From contig JBGQHJ010000005.1 in NCBI GenBank assembly GCA_041497895.1, forward strand, positions 8,521 to 72,520: a stretch of DNA of 64,000 bases, given 5' to 3'. The translations under genes were made by a program, and so were the position numbers. The stretch's first letter is position 1. Each line of letters begins with the position of its first letter. The notes below the pieces were generated by a model. That model was given only the letters and a program-made list of their open reading frames with translations. It did no database searches and was not told where the DNA came from. Source of the stretch: Candidatus Methylomirabilia bacterium. Lineage in GTDB: Bacteria > Methylomirabilota > Methylomirabilia > Rokubacteriales > CSP1-6. Shown here piece by piece: positions 38,646-48,496 of this stretch.

Positions 38646-40967
38646 GTGAACGGCGAGTCCGGCTCGCGCGCGGTGGGACAGCAGACTCCCCTGCGCGCGA
38701 CCCTCGCCGAGATGGCCGAGATCCTCGAGCGCGCGCGCGAGCGCCTCCGGGAGACCTCGGCGGGTTCGGGGGCCGAGGGGCGGCGCCTCGACCACGCGGC
38801 CGAGCGCGACGACCATACGCTCGCCATCTTCCAGGAGATCCTGTCCGTCCCTCCGCTCGGGCTACCGCCGGGCGAGCTCTTCGCGCTCGCGATGGACCGG
38901 CTCTCCCGTCTCCTGGCCGCGGACCGCGCGCTGCTCTTCGTGCTGGACGAGGCCACCGGGCGTCTGGTCGCCCGCTCCGCGCGCGGATTCCGGCGGGAGG
39001 ACGTGGAGATGCTCTCGCTCGATCCGGGCGAGGGACTCATCGGCCGCGTGTACCGGGAGAAGCGGGTGCAGACCCTCGACGCGGCCGCGGCGCCCGAGGC
39101 CGATCCGTTCATCGAGCGCTTCCCGGTCCGGCAGGGCATCGCGGTTCCGGTGCGTACGGAGGGCGAGGTCGGAGGCGTGCTCTTCGCGGGTCGGCGGGCG
39201 CTGGGCGCCCCCTTCGGCACCACCGACATGCTGTTGCTCCTGGTCATCGCCGACCGGGTCGGCTCGGCGCTCGTGCACCAGCACCTCCTGGAGCGGCACG
39301 GCGAGCACCTGACCCATCTCCGCGAGGCGCGGGCCCTGGTCGACGAGCAGCGCCCGGGGCGCGAGCCGCGGGACCTCCTGGCGCGGGCCTGCGAGGCGGC
39401 GTGCCGGCTGCCGGGCGTGCGCGCGGCCCTCGCGGTCGCCGGCTCCGATCCGGCCTCGATCATCGCGGTGGCCGGGGCCGGACGACTGCGCAGCGTCGGG
39501 CCGGAGCAGATCGATCCGGCGGACGGCCTGCTCGCGGAAGGCTTCGCGGCCGATCGCCCGGTCGCGATCCGCGACCTGAGGACCCGGGTCGGCGAGCGGC
39601 CCGGTGTGCTCGAGCGCGACGGGCTTCGGGCCGTCCTGCTGGTGCCGTTGCGCACGCGCGGGCGCGTGCTCGGCCTGCTCGCCCTCGCCGACGCCGAGCC
39701 CCGGGAGTTCTCCATCGAGGAGATCGAGCTCGCGCTCACGCTCGCGACGGTGACCGCGGTGGCGCTCGACACGCGGCGCGGCCTCGAGGACCTGCGCGGC
39801 GCCCTGGGCGAGCAGGCCGCCCTCGAGGCCCAGCGGGCCGAGGGCGAGAAGGCGCGCGCGCTGGTCGCGCTCGGCGGCGGCCTAACCCGCGAGCTCAGCT
39901 CGATCTTCGCGTTGCTGCTCGGCAAGTCTCAGCTCCTGCTCGCGCGGGCGCAGGACGAGTCGCTGCGCGAAGGGCTGGGCGCGCTCGAGGAGGCGGCGTG
40001 GCGCGGCACCGACGTGCTGCAGCGGCTCCTGGGCCTGGCCGAGGCGGACCACGCGGTCGGAGTGTCGTGCGATCTCGGTGCGGTCGCGCAGGAGGCCCTG
40101 GCCTTCGCCCGCCCCCGGATCGGCCCGGGTGCGTCTCCCGGGGGCCGCCGCGTCGAGATGACCGCCGACCTGCCGCCGACGCCTCCGGTCCAGGGCAGCG
40201 CGGTCGCGTTCCGGGAGGCCATCGTCAACCTCGTGCTGAACGCGATGGAGGCCATGCCCGACGGCGGCACCGTGGCGGTCCAGGTGCGCGAGACCGGGGG
40301 CGGCGTGGAGCTCGTCGTCGCGGACGGCGGCCGGGGTATCGCGCCGGACGTGAAGCCGCGGATCTTCGATCCCTTCTTCACGACCCGTCCGGGGCACCTG
40401 GGCCTCGGGCTCACGGTGGTGCAGGCGGTCGTGCTCCGCGCGGGCGGCCGGCTCGAGGTGCAGACCGGGCCCGGAGGCACCACCGTGTCGCTGTGGCTCC
40501 CGGCGGAGGGGGCGCGCGAGGCTGCCGTCGAGATCGAGGCGAACCACCCGGCCGAGCCGGCGCCGCCCACCGCTCCGGAGCCGGCGCCTCCCCGCGTCGG
40601 CTCGATCCTGATCGTGGAGGAGGAGGAAGGCATCCAGGCGACGGTACGGGAGGCGCTGGACGCGGCCGGTCACCGCGTGGAGACCGCGGTCGACGCCACC
40701 ACCGCGCTCGAGCGGCTCGCCATGGGCGGCATCGACGTGGTGGTGACCGATCTCGCGCTGCGCGATCGCTCCGGCCTGCAGCTGGCCGCGGCGGTGAAGG
40801 AGCGCAGCCCGGGCTCCGCGGTGGTGCTCCTCACCGGCTGGGGACGCCGGCTCCACGAGGAGCGCGTGCGTGCCGCGGGAGTGGACGTGATGGTGGTCAA
40901 GCCGGTCCAGCCCGAGCGCGTCCGCGCCGCCGTCGCGGAGGCCCTTCGCCTCCACCCGCCCGCGTGA
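38646..40967 (+). CDS. GAF-GAF-HisKA-HATPase-REC hybrid sensor lacking the H-box His
   Basis: NLVLNA, DGGRG, FDPFFTT, GLGL; REC VVTD..TG..KP; H-box reads GGGLTRELSS. Confidence 0.85.
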   Translation: MNGESGSRAVGQQTPLRATLAEMAEILERARERLRETSAGSGAEGRRLDHAAERDDHTLAIFQEILSVPPLGLPPGELFALAMDRLSRLLAADRALLFVLDEATGRLVARSARGFRREDVEMLSLDPGEGLIGRVYREKRVQTLDAAAAPEADPFIERFPVRQGIAVPVRTEGEVGGVLFAGRRALGAPFGTTDMLLLLVIADRVGSALVHQHLLERHGEHLTHLREARALVDEQRPGREPRDLLARACEAACRLPGVRAALAVAGSDPASIIAVAGAGRLRSVGPEQIDPADGLLAEGFAADRPVAIRDLRTRVGERPGVLERDGLRAVLLVPLRTRGRVLGLLALADAEPREFSIEEIELALTLATVTAVALDTRRGLEDLRGALGEQAALEAQRAEGEKARALVALGGGLTRELSSIFALLLGKSQLLLARAQDESLREGLGALEEAAWRGTDVLQRLLGLAEADHAVGVSCDLGAVAQEALAFARPRIGPGASPGGRRVEMTADLPPTPPVQGSAVAFREAIVNLVLNAMEAMPDGGTVAVQVRETGGGVELVVADGGRGIAPDVKPRIFDPFFTTRPGHLGLGLTVVQAVVLRAGGRLEVQTGPGGTTVSLWLPAEGAREAAVEIEANHPAEPAPPTAPEPAPPRVGSILIVEEEEGIQATVREALDAAGHRVETAVDATTALERLAMGGIDVVVTDLALRDRSGLQLAAAVKERSPGSAVVLLTGWGRRLHEERVRAAGVDVMVVKPVQPERVRAAVAEALRLHPPA

Positions 40968-41896
40968 GCGGGGCCCTCGCCACCGTCGACCTCGGCACCA
41001 ACACGGTGCGCCTCCTCGTCGTGGAGCCGGCCGGCTCGACGTGGCGCACGCTCGAGCAGACCCAGCGCGTGACCCGGCTCGGGGAAGGGCAGGGGGCCAC
41101 CGGCCGCCTGGCCTCGGAGCCGATGCGGCGGACCGCGGCGGCGGTCGCCGAGTTCTCGCGGGCCGCGCGCGCGCTCGGCGCCGACCGCGTACGCATCGTC
41201 GCCACCAGCGCGGTGCGCGAGGCGGTGAATCGCGAGGAGTTCGTCGCCCGTCTCGAGCGCGAGTCGGGCGAGCGCGTGGAGGTGGTCTCGGGCGAGGAGG
41301 AGGCGCGCCTGACCCTCAAGGGGGTGACGTCCGGACTGCCGGGCCTCGGCGGCTCCTTCGTGCTCTTCGACATCGGCGGCGGCAGCACCGAGTTCGTCCT
41401 CGCGCGGGACGGCGCCCCCGCCGCCGCGGTGAGCCTCCGGCTCGGGGTGGTGACGCTCCAGGAGGAGTGGGGCGAACCCGGACCGGTACGATGGGAGCGC
41501 TTCGCGCGCCTGCGCGAGCACGTGGAGCGGCGGCTCGCCGCGGAGGTGCCGGCGGCCATCGCGGGCGCGGCGGTGGCCGAGCTGGTGGGTACCGCGGGCA
41601 CCGTCACCACGCTGGCCGCGCTCGATCTCGGGCTCCGCGCCTACGACCCGGCGGCCGTCCACGGCCATCGTCTCGATCGCGCCGCGGTGGAGCGGCAGCT
41701 CGCCCGTCTGGGCGCGCTGGACGTGGAGGCCCGCGCGCTTCTTCCGTGCCTCGAGCCGGGTCGCGCCGACGTGATCATCCCCGGGATCGCGATCTGCCTG
41801 GCCACGATGGCGCGCCTCGGGCGCGAGACGCTGGTGGTGAGCGACCGCGGGCTCCGCGAGGGCATCCTGTGCGAGCTGCTGGGGACGGCGGCGTGA
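40964..41896 (+). CDS. Ppx/GppA-family phosphatase
   Basis: DLGTNT, ATSAVREA, EEA, DIGGGSTE, RADVI, GLREG. Confidence 0.93.
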   Translation: MSGALATVDLGTNTVRLLVVEPAGSTWRTLEQTQRVTRLGEGQGATGRLASEPMRRTAAAVAEFSRAARALGADRVRIVATSAVREAVNREEFVARLERESGERVEVVSGEEEARLTLKGVTSGLPGLGGSFVLFDIGGGSTEFVLARDGAPAAAVSLRLGVVTLQEEWGEPGPVRWERFARLREHVERRLAAEVPAAIAGAAVAELVGTAGTVTTLAALDLGLRAYDPAAVHGHRLDRAAVERQLARLGALDVEARALLPCLEPGRADVIIPGIAICLATMARLGRETLVVSDRGLREGILCELLGTAA

Positions 41897-42903
41897 CGAG
41901 GCGGTCGACGCGCACCCTGTCGGTGATCGACTACCACGCCGAGGGGGAGCCGATGCGCATCGTGGTGGACGGCGTGGGTCGCGTGCCCGGCGCCACCCTG
42001 ATGGCGCGCAGCGAGCACCTGGCCGCGCACGGCCGCGACCTGCTGGGCTTCACGCTCTACGAGCCGCGGGGCCACGCCGCCATGTGCGGCGCGATCCTGA
42101 CCGAGCCGACGGCGCCGGAGGCGGACGCGGGGGTGCTCTTCATCGAGCCGCTCGGCCCCGTGCACATGTGCGGGCACGGGGCGATCGCGCTCGGCGCCAT
42201 GCTGGTGGAGACCGGCCGCGTGGCCGCGCCGGGCGGCGCCGCCACCGTGACGCTCGAGACGCCGGCGGGGCTCGTGACCTGCCGGGTGCGCGCGCAGGCC
42301 GGGCAGCCGACGTCGGTGACGATCCGCAACGTGCCGGCCTTCTCGGTGGCCCTCGACCAGACGGTGGAGGTCCCCGGCGCAGGCCCGGTCCGCTTCGACC
42401 TCGCCTACGGCGGCCACTTCTACGCGCTGGTGGAGGCGGCACCCCTGGGGCTGACGCTCGAGCCCAAGGAGGCCTCCCGGCTCGTGGAGATCGGCGAGCG
42501 CGTCCGGCTCGCCATCGAAGCGTGCGTGCCCCTCGTGCACCCCGCGATGCCCGGCGCGCGCGGCCTGCTCTACGTCCAGTTCTACGAGCCGGCGCGCCGG
42601 CCCGACGCCCGGTACCGGAACGCGGTCGTGGTGGCCCCCGCGGGCCTCGACCGCTCGCCGTGCGGAACCGGCACCTCCGCGCGGCTCGCCAATCTCCACG
42701 CGCGCGGGCGCCTCGGGGTCGGGGAGGCGTTCGGCCACGAGTCCATCATCGGTACCCTCTTCACCGGCCGGATCGCCGGGCTCACCGACGTGGCCGGCAC
42801 CGCCGCGGTGGTGCCCGAGATCACCGGGCGCGCATGGATGACCGGGCAGGGAACCCTCGTTCTCGACCCGAGCGATCCGTTCCCGGGGGGCTTTCTGCTC
42901 TAA
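41893..42903 (+). CDS. Proline racemase / 4-hydroxyproline epimerase family protein
   Basis: H.EGEP, EPRGH, MCGH, DRSPCGTG (Cys/Cys dyad). Confidence 0.92.
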   Translation: MTRRSTRTLSVIDYHAEGEPMRIVVDGVGRVPGATLMARSEHLAAHGRDLLGFTLYEPRGHAAMCGAILTEPTAPEADAGVLFIEPLGPVHMCGHGAIALGAMLVETGRVAAPGGAATVTLETPAGLVTCRVRAQAGQPTSVTIRNVPAFSVALDQTVEVPGAGPVRFDLAYGGHFYALVEAAPLGLTLEPKEASRLVEIGERVRLAIEACVPLVHPAMPGARGLLYVQFYEPARRPDARYRNAVVVAPAGLDRSPCGTGTSARLANLHARGRLGVGEAFGHESIIGTLFTGRIAGLTDVAGTAAVVPEITGRAWMTGQGTLVLDPSDPFPGGFLL

Positions 42904-42965
42904 CTGCGCGTCACCGCGGCCCGTTTTGTTGACACTTCCACCGCTCGTGTGATGTTGTAGCGGCC

Positions 42966-43400
42966 ATGAGCCTGATCCCTCGCGTCATCGTGAGGCGGTG
43001 GCTGGAGTCGGTGCTGGCGCTCGTCTCGATCGCCATGCTGTACCTGAACCAGCACCCCGAGGCGCTGCCGCGCGCGCTCGACCTCAAGAACGACGCGAAC
43101 CTCACGCTCTGGGACTGGATCTTCCGCGGCATGGTCTTCGGGCTGCTCGGCGTATGGGGCTTCTCGGGGGTGATCGTGCTCTTCTTCCTCCTCTACTCGC
43201 CGATCTATCTGATCAACAAGGTGCCCCACCTCGCCGGCAAGGGCGGCTGGCTCGACAAGCGCGAGGTTCGCTTCTACCTGGCGTGCTTCGCGCTGGTGTG
43301 CCTGCTGCTCGCGCTGTTCACCCGCTCCCTCGACGCGGCGGCGATCCTGTTCGTCCTCCTCGCCGGCTTCGGCCCCCTGGTCTGGCGCCTCCTGGTGTAG
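42966..43400 (+). CDS. Hypothetical integral membrane protein
   Basis: About 4 TM segments, good codon bias, upstream TTGACA at 42929. Confidence 0.75.
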   Translation: MSLIPRVIVRRWLESVLALVSIAMLYLNQHPEALPRALDLKNDANLTLWDWIFRGMVFGLLGVWGFSGVIVLFFLLYSPIYLINKVPHLAGKGGWLDKREVRFYLACFALVCLLLALFTRSLDAAAILFVLLAGFGPLVWRLLV

Positions 43401-43449
43401 CCCCGCTCAGTTGACAGGGTCCGGCCCCCCGCTTATCCTTTCGGGGTAT

Positions 43450-43980
43450 ATGGATGAAATCGCGGTCCTGGTGCTGAACTACACCTACGAGCCGCTTCAT
43501 TTCACCAACGCCAAGCGCGCCATCACCCTGCTGCTCGCGGGCAAGGCCGAGAGCGTCGAGGCCTCGCCGCGGGTGATCCGCTCGCCCTCGCGGAGCTTCC
43601 ATCTCCCGGCCGTGATCCGGCTGGGCGCCTACATCCGCAAGCCGTTCCTGGAGCGAGTGGCGTTCAACAAGAAGAACATCCTGCGACGAGACGGCTACAG
43701 CTGCCAGTACTGCTCGCGCCGCGGCGAGAAGCTGACGGTCGACCACGTGGTCCCGCGCTCGCGCGGGGGCCAGACCACCTGGACCAACGTGGTCGCCGCG
43801 TGCCTGCGCTGCAACCTGCTCAAGGGCAACCGCACCCTGGAAGAGGCCCGGCTCCGCCTGATCCGCGAGCCGGTGCACCCGCAATTCCTCTTCTCGGTGC
43901 ACCTGCTCCGGCATCCGCACGCGACGTCGTTCCTCGACTCGTGGCGGAAGTACCTGGTGGCGGTGCCGTCGACGTCCTGA
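43450..43980 (+). CDS. HNH endonuclease (McrA-like, CxxC..CxxC)
   Basis: VLVLN.TYEP, RD...CQYC, TVDHVVP, W.NVV.AC..CN..K; upstream TTGACA-17-TATCCT. Confidence 0.92.
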   Translation: MDEIAVLVLNYTYEPLHFTNAKRAITLLLAGKAESVEASPRVIRSPSRSFHLPAVIRLGAYIRKPFLERVAFNKKNILRRDGYSCQYCSRRGEKLTVDHVVPRSRGGQTTWTNVVAACLRCNLLKGNRTLEEARLRLIREPVHPQFLFSVHLLRHPHATSFLDSWRKYLVAVPSTS

Positions 43981-44000
43981 GCCGCCCCCCGAGCCGCCAG

Positions 44001-46034
44001 ATGTCCGAGGGACTGTTCACGCTCGCCTCGGAGTTCGCCCCGTCCGGGGACCAGCCTCAGGCGATCGAGCGCCTGGTCTCGGTGATCGGCGCGGGGAGCC
44101 CCCACGCGGTGCTGCTGGGGGTGACCGGCAGCGGCAAGACCTTCACGCTGGCCAACGTGATCGCGCGCCTCAACCGGCCCGCGCTGGTGATCTCCCCCAA
44201 CAAGACGCTCGCGGCCCAGCTCTATAGCGAGTTCAAGGCGTTCTTCCCGCAGAGCGCGGTCGAGTACTTCGTCTCCTACTACGACTACTACCAGCCCGAG
44301 GCCTACATCCCCCAGTCCGACACCTACATCGAGAAGGACGCGCTGGTGAACGACGAGATCGACCGCATGCGGCACTCCGCCACCTCGTCGCTCTTCGAGC
44401 GACGGGACGTGGTGGTGGTGGCCTCGGTCTCGTGCATCTACGGCATCGGCGAGCCGGAGACGTACCACGGTATGCACGTGGCCCTGCGGGCGGGGCAGGG
44501 GATGGATCGCGACGCCCTGATCCGGTCGCTGGTCGCGGTGCAGTACGAGCGCAACGACTACGACTTCCGGCGCGGGACCTTCCGGGTGCGCGGCGACGTG
44601 GTCGAGGTGTTCCCGGCCGCCGCGGAGTCGGAGGCCCTCCGGGTCGAGTTCTGGGGCGATAGCGTGGAGCGGCTGATGACCCTGGACCCGCTGCGAGGGG
44701 TAACGACCGGCACGCTCACCGACGTGCGCATCTACCCGGCCAGCCACTACGTGACCCCGGCGGCCCAGCTCGAGCGGGCGATCACCGGGATCATGGACGA
44801 ACTGCGGGAGCGGCTCGGGTTCCTCAAGGCGCGGGGCCGGCTGCTGGAGGCGCAGCGGCTCGAGCAGCGCACGCTCTTCGACATGGAGATGCTGCGCGAG
44901 CTCGGCTACTGCCACGGCGTCGAGAACTACTCCCGCCATCTCTCCGGGCGCAAACCGGGGCAGAACCCGCCGACCCTGATGGACTACCTGCCCAAGGACG
45001 CGCTGGTGATCCTCGACGAGTCCCACGTCACCGCCCCCCAGCTCCGGGGGATGTACCCGGGGGACCGCTCGCGCAAGGAGGCGCTGGTCGAGTACGGCTT
45101 CCGCCTGCCGTCGGCGTTCGACAACCGGCCGCTCACCTTCGAGGAGTTCGTGCGCCTCGTGCCGCAGACCCTCTACGTCTCGGCGACCCCGGGGCCGTAC
45201 GAGCTCGAGCGGGCCGGCGTCGAGCGGAGCGGAGTCGGCCGGGGCCTGACCGGCGGGACGATGGCCGAGCAGATCATCCGGCCCACCGGGCTCATGGATC
45301 CCCGGATCACGGTGCGCCCGGCGTCGTCCCAGGTGGACGATCTCATGGCCGAGGTGCGGGCCCGGGCCGAGCGCGACGAGCGCGTGCTGATCACCACGCT
45401 CACCAAGCGGATGGCGGAGGACCTCACCGAGTACTATCAGCAGAACGGCCTGCGGGTCCGCTACCTGCATTCCGACATCGACACCCTGGAGCGGGTCGCG
45501 CTGATCCGCGACCTGCGGCTCGGGAAGTTCGACGGCCTCATCGGCATCAACCTGCTGCGGGAGGGGCTCGACCTGCCGGAGGTCTCCCTGGTCGCGATCC
45601 TGGACGCGGACAAGGAGGGTTACCTGCGCTCCGCGACCTCGCTGATCCAGACCTCGGGCCGCGCGGCCCGGCACGTCAACGGCGAGGTGATCATGTACGC
45701 CGACACCGTGACCGGCTCGATGCGCGAGGCCCTCGGCGAGACCGAGCGCCGCCGCGTCGTGCAGGGGGAGTACAACCGGGCCCACGGCATCACCCCGGAG
45801 TCGGTGCGCCGCTCGATCCGGGATCTCCTCGAGTCGGTGCCGGAGCGGGACTACTACACGGTCGAGGTCGAGAAGGCGCCCGCCACCCAGTGGGAGAGCG
45901 CGGCGGCCCTGGCCGCCCACGTCGCCGAGCTCGAGACCGCGATGAAGGACGCGGCGCGCCGGCTCGATTTCGAGCGGGCCGCCGAGCTGCGGGACCGCAT
46001 CAAGGCCCTGCGCAAGGTCGATCTTGGAGTCTGA
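44001..46034 (+). CDS. uvrB: Excinuclease ABC subunit B
   Basis: [27 protein letters not shown]-terminal UVR domain. Confidence 0.98.
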   Translation: MSEGLFTLASEFAPSGDQPQAIERLVSVIGAGSPHAVLLGVTGSGKTFTLANVIARLNRPALVISPNKTLAAQLYSEFKAFFPQSAVEYFVSYYDYYQPEAYIPQSDTYIEKDALVNDEIDRMRHSATSSLFERRDVVVVASVSCIYGIGEPETYHGMHVALRAGQGMDRDALIRSLVAVQYERNDYDFRRGTFRVRGDVVEVFPAAAESEALRVEFWGDSVERLMTLDPLRGVTTGTLTDVRIYPASHYVTPAAQLERAITGIMDELRERLGFLKARGRLLEAQRLEQRTLFDMEMLRELGYCHGVENYSRHLSGRKPGQNPPTLMDYLPKDALVILDESHVTAPQLRGMYPGDRSRKEALVEYGFRLPSAFDNRPLTFEEFVRLVPQTLYVSATPGPYELERAGVERSGVGRGLTGGTMAEQIIRPTGLMDPRITVRPASSQVDDLMAEVRARAERDERVLITTLTKRMAEDLTEYYQQNGLRVRYLHSDIDTLERVALIRDLRLGKFDGLIGINLLREGLDLPEVSLVAILDADKEGYLRSATSLIQTSGRAARHVNGEVIMYADTVTGSMREALGETERRRVVQGEYNRAHGITPESVRRSIRDLLESVPERDYYTVEVEKAPATQWESAAALAAHVAELETAMKDAARRLDFERAAELRDRIKALRKVDLGV

Positions 46035-46058
46035 AGCCGGGGGTCTGAGGGCGGGGCG

Positions 46059-46274
46059 ATGCTCTTCAAGTGGGTACTGATCTTCTTCGGCGTGCTCTCG
46101 ATCGCATTGTTCGTGCTCTCGAAAGCGATCGCGTTCATGAATCCGCCGCGCCCGGGCCGCCCGCGGCCGCCGATGCTGCGGCGCGTCCGTCGCACGCTGA
46201 CCTGGACGGTGCTCGTGCCCGCGGTGGCCGCGCTGGTCCTGCTCGCGGTCGCGCTCCTGCGTCAGCCGCCGTGA
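46059..46274 (+). CDS. Small two-TM hypothetical protein
   Basis: Fills the uvrB-uvrC gap; two hydrophobic segments. Confidence 0.6.
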   Translation: MLFKWVLIFFGVLSIALFVLSKAIAFMNPPRPGRPRPPMLRRVRRTLTWTVLVPAVAALVLLAVALLRQPP

Positions 46275-46284
46275 CCGGGGAGAG

Positions 46285-48126
46285 GTGGCGGTGACCCTCG
46301 AGGAGAAGGTCGATCAGGTCCCGGCCCGGCCCGGCGTCTACCTCTACAAGGACGCGAAGGCCCAGATCATCTACATCGGCAAGGCCGCCTCGCTGCGGAA
46401 CCGCGTACGCTCCTACTTCCAGGAATCGCGCGCCCCCGACCCCAAGACCGACGCGCTGGTCGGGCACATCCGCGACCTCGAGTACATCGTGACCGCCAAC
46501 GAGCTCGAGGCGATGATCCTCGAGTCGACGCTGGTCAAGAAGCACCGGCCCCGCTACAACATCATCCTGCGGGACGACAAGCACTACCCGTTTCTGAAGC
46601 TCACCACCAACGAGGAGTTCCCGCGGCTGGTGGTGGCCCGGCGGGTGCAGAAGGACGGCGCGAGCTACTTCGGTCCGTTCTATCCCGCCACCGCGATGCG
46701 CGAGACCCTCCGCCTCGTGCGCCAGCTCTTCCCCCTCCGGACGTGCCGGATCAAGATCGACGGCACCCTCTCGCGTCCGTGCCTGCAGTACTACATCCAC
46801 CGCTGCAACGCGCCGTGCACGGGCTGGGAGACCGCGGAGGGCTACGCCGGGACGGTCAAGGACGTGGAGCGCTTCCTCGAGGGCAAGAGCGACGACCTCG
46901 CGGCCCGGCTCACCCGGGAGATGGAGGCCGCGGCCGGGGAGATGAAGTTCGAGCGGGCCGCCGCCCTGCGCGACCGGGTCCAGGCCCTCAACACGGTGCG
47001 GGAGCGGCAGCAGATGATCTCGACCGAGGAGGAGGACCAGGACGTGGTGGGCGTGGTCCGCCAGGGGTCGGAGGCCTGCGTGCAGCTCTTCTTCGTGCGC
47101 AAGGGCCGGCTCCTCGGACGCGAGTCGTTCTTCTTCGAGCGGGTGTCCGGCTGGAGCGATGGGGAGATCCTCTCCGCGTTCACCCGCCAGTTCTACGCGC
47201 GCAACGTCGTGCCCCCGCCCGAGATCCTGCTCTCGGAGGCCCTGCCGGAGGCGGAGCTGACCCAGGAGTGGCTGGTCCAGCGCCGGGGCGGGCGGGTGGA
47301 GCTGCTCGCGCCCCAGCGGGGCCGCAAGCGTGACCTGGTGGGAATGGCGGAGGAGAACGCGGCGCTGGCGCTGCAGACGCACCTGCTCGCCCGCGGCAAC
47401 CGGCAGCAGGTGGTCCTGGAGGACATCGAGCGCTCGCTCGGCCTGCCCGGCCCGCCGCACCGGATCGAGGCCTTCGACATCTCCACCCATCAGGGGAAGG
47501 AGACGGTGGCCTCGATGGTGGTGTGGCAGGACGGGGACATGAAGAAGGACGACTACAAGCGCTTCAAGATCCGCACCGTCGTCGGCACCGACGACTTCGC
47601 CTCCATGCAGGAGGTGCTGACCCGCCGCTACGGTCGCGCGCTCGAGAGCGAGGGCGCGATGCCCGATCTCATCCTGCTCGACGGCGGGCGCGGACAGCTC
47701 GGCGCCGGCCTCAAGGCACTCGAGGACCTCGGTCTCGACTACGTCCCGGTGGCCGCGCTGGCCAAGCGGGCCGAGGAGGTCTACACGCCGGACCGGCTCG
47801 AGCCGCTCGTGCTCGACATGGGCTCTCCCGCGCTGCAGGCGCTGCAGAGGATCCGGGACGAGGCGCACCGCTTCGCGATCACCTATCACAAGAAGCTCCG
47901 CCAGAAACGGGCCATCGCCTCGGTGCTCGACCAGATCCCCGGGGTGGGGCCGAGCCTTCGCACGAGCCTGCTCAAGACCCTGGGCTCGGCCAAGGGCGTT
48001 CGCGAGGCCTCGGTGGCCGATCTGGCCTCGGTACCGAAGATCACCCCGAAGCTGGCGCAACGCATCTATGATTTCTTCCACCCGGCCCCGGGGCAGGGGG
48101 AACCTTCCACGGGCCAGGGGGGTTAA
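46285..48126 (+). CDS. uvrC: Excinuclease ABC subunit C
   Basis: GIY-YIG (GVY..YIGKA), Cys cluster, FDIS, DGG.GQ, RDEAHRFA, HhH. Confidence 0.98.
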   Translation: MAVTLEEKVDQVPARPGVYLYKDAKAQIIYIGKAASLRNRVRSYFQESRAPDPKTDALVGHIRDLEYIVTANELEAMILESTLVKKHRPRYNIILRDDKHYPFLKLTTNEEFPRLVVARRVQKDGASYFGPFYPATAMRETLRLVRQLFPLRTCRIKIDGTLSRPCLQYYIHRCNAPCTGWETAEGYAGTVKDVERFLEGKSDDLAARLTREMEAAAGEMKFERAAALRDRVQALNTVRERQQMISTEEEDQDVVGVVRQGSEACVQLFFVRKGRLLGRESFFFERVSGWSDGEILSAFTRQFYARNVVPPPEILLSEALPEAELTQEWLVQRRGGRVELLAPQRGRKRDLVGMAEENAALALQTHLLARGNRQQVVLEDIERSLGLPGPPHRIEAFDISTHQGKETVASMVVWQDGDMKKDDYKRFKIRTVVGTDDFASMQEVLTRRYGRALESEGAMPDLILLDGGRGQLGAGLKALEDLGLDYVPVAALAKRAEEVYTPDRLEPLVLDMGSPALQALQRIRDEAHRFAITYHKKLRQKRAIASVLDQIPGVGPSLRTSLLKTLGSAKGVREASVADLASVPKITPKLAQRIYDFFHPAPGQGEPSTGQGG

Positions 48127-48160
48127 GCGTGCAGGACCGAACTGAAAGGGGGTGAGTTCT

Positions 48161-48409
48161 ATGAAGATGCTCATGATGGCGCTCGCGATCGTGGCGTTCG
48201 CGGTGGCTCCGGCGCTGGCCAACCAGTGCCCGCTCCTGATCAAGCAGATCCAGGACGCGACGGCCGGCAAGACCGACGACGCGTCGAAGAAGGCGCAGGC
48301 CCTGGCCGCCGAGGCCAAGGCATTGCACGACGCCGGCAAGCACGCCGAGTCGGTGGCCAAGGCGGACGAAGCCGCCAAGGCGATCAACCTGACCCTGAAG
48401 AAGAAGTAG
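48161..48409 (+). CDS. Small secreted helical protein
   Basis: Signal peptide ALA/NQCP; LHDAGKHAES. Confidence 0.8.
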   Translation: MKMLMMALAIVAFAVAPALANQCPLLIKQIQDATAGKTDDASKKAQALAAEAKALHDAGKHAESVAKADEAAKAINLTLKKK

Positions 48410-48422
48410 GCCCGCGCCCAAC

Positions 48423-48459
48423 CCCCGGGGGCCGTCGGGCCCCCGGGGAGCCGTTTCTT
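48423..48459 (+). terminator. Putative intrinsic terminator
   Basis: CCCCGGGGGCC-GTCG-GGCCCCCGGGG stem followed shortly by TTTCTT. Confidence 0.55.
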
Positions 48460-48496
48460 GCGCCCCCCGCCTAAGCGTGCAAAAATCAGGGCCAAT

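Noticed and set aside
41893..42903. Stickland D-proline reductase system
   Set aside because: No prdA/prdB-like genes in the window; a racemase-family gene alone is insufficient
43450..43980. HNH as a defence or mobile nuclease system
   Set aside because: Widespread standalone HNH type with host-like codon use, upstream of uvrB; no methylase or partner genes
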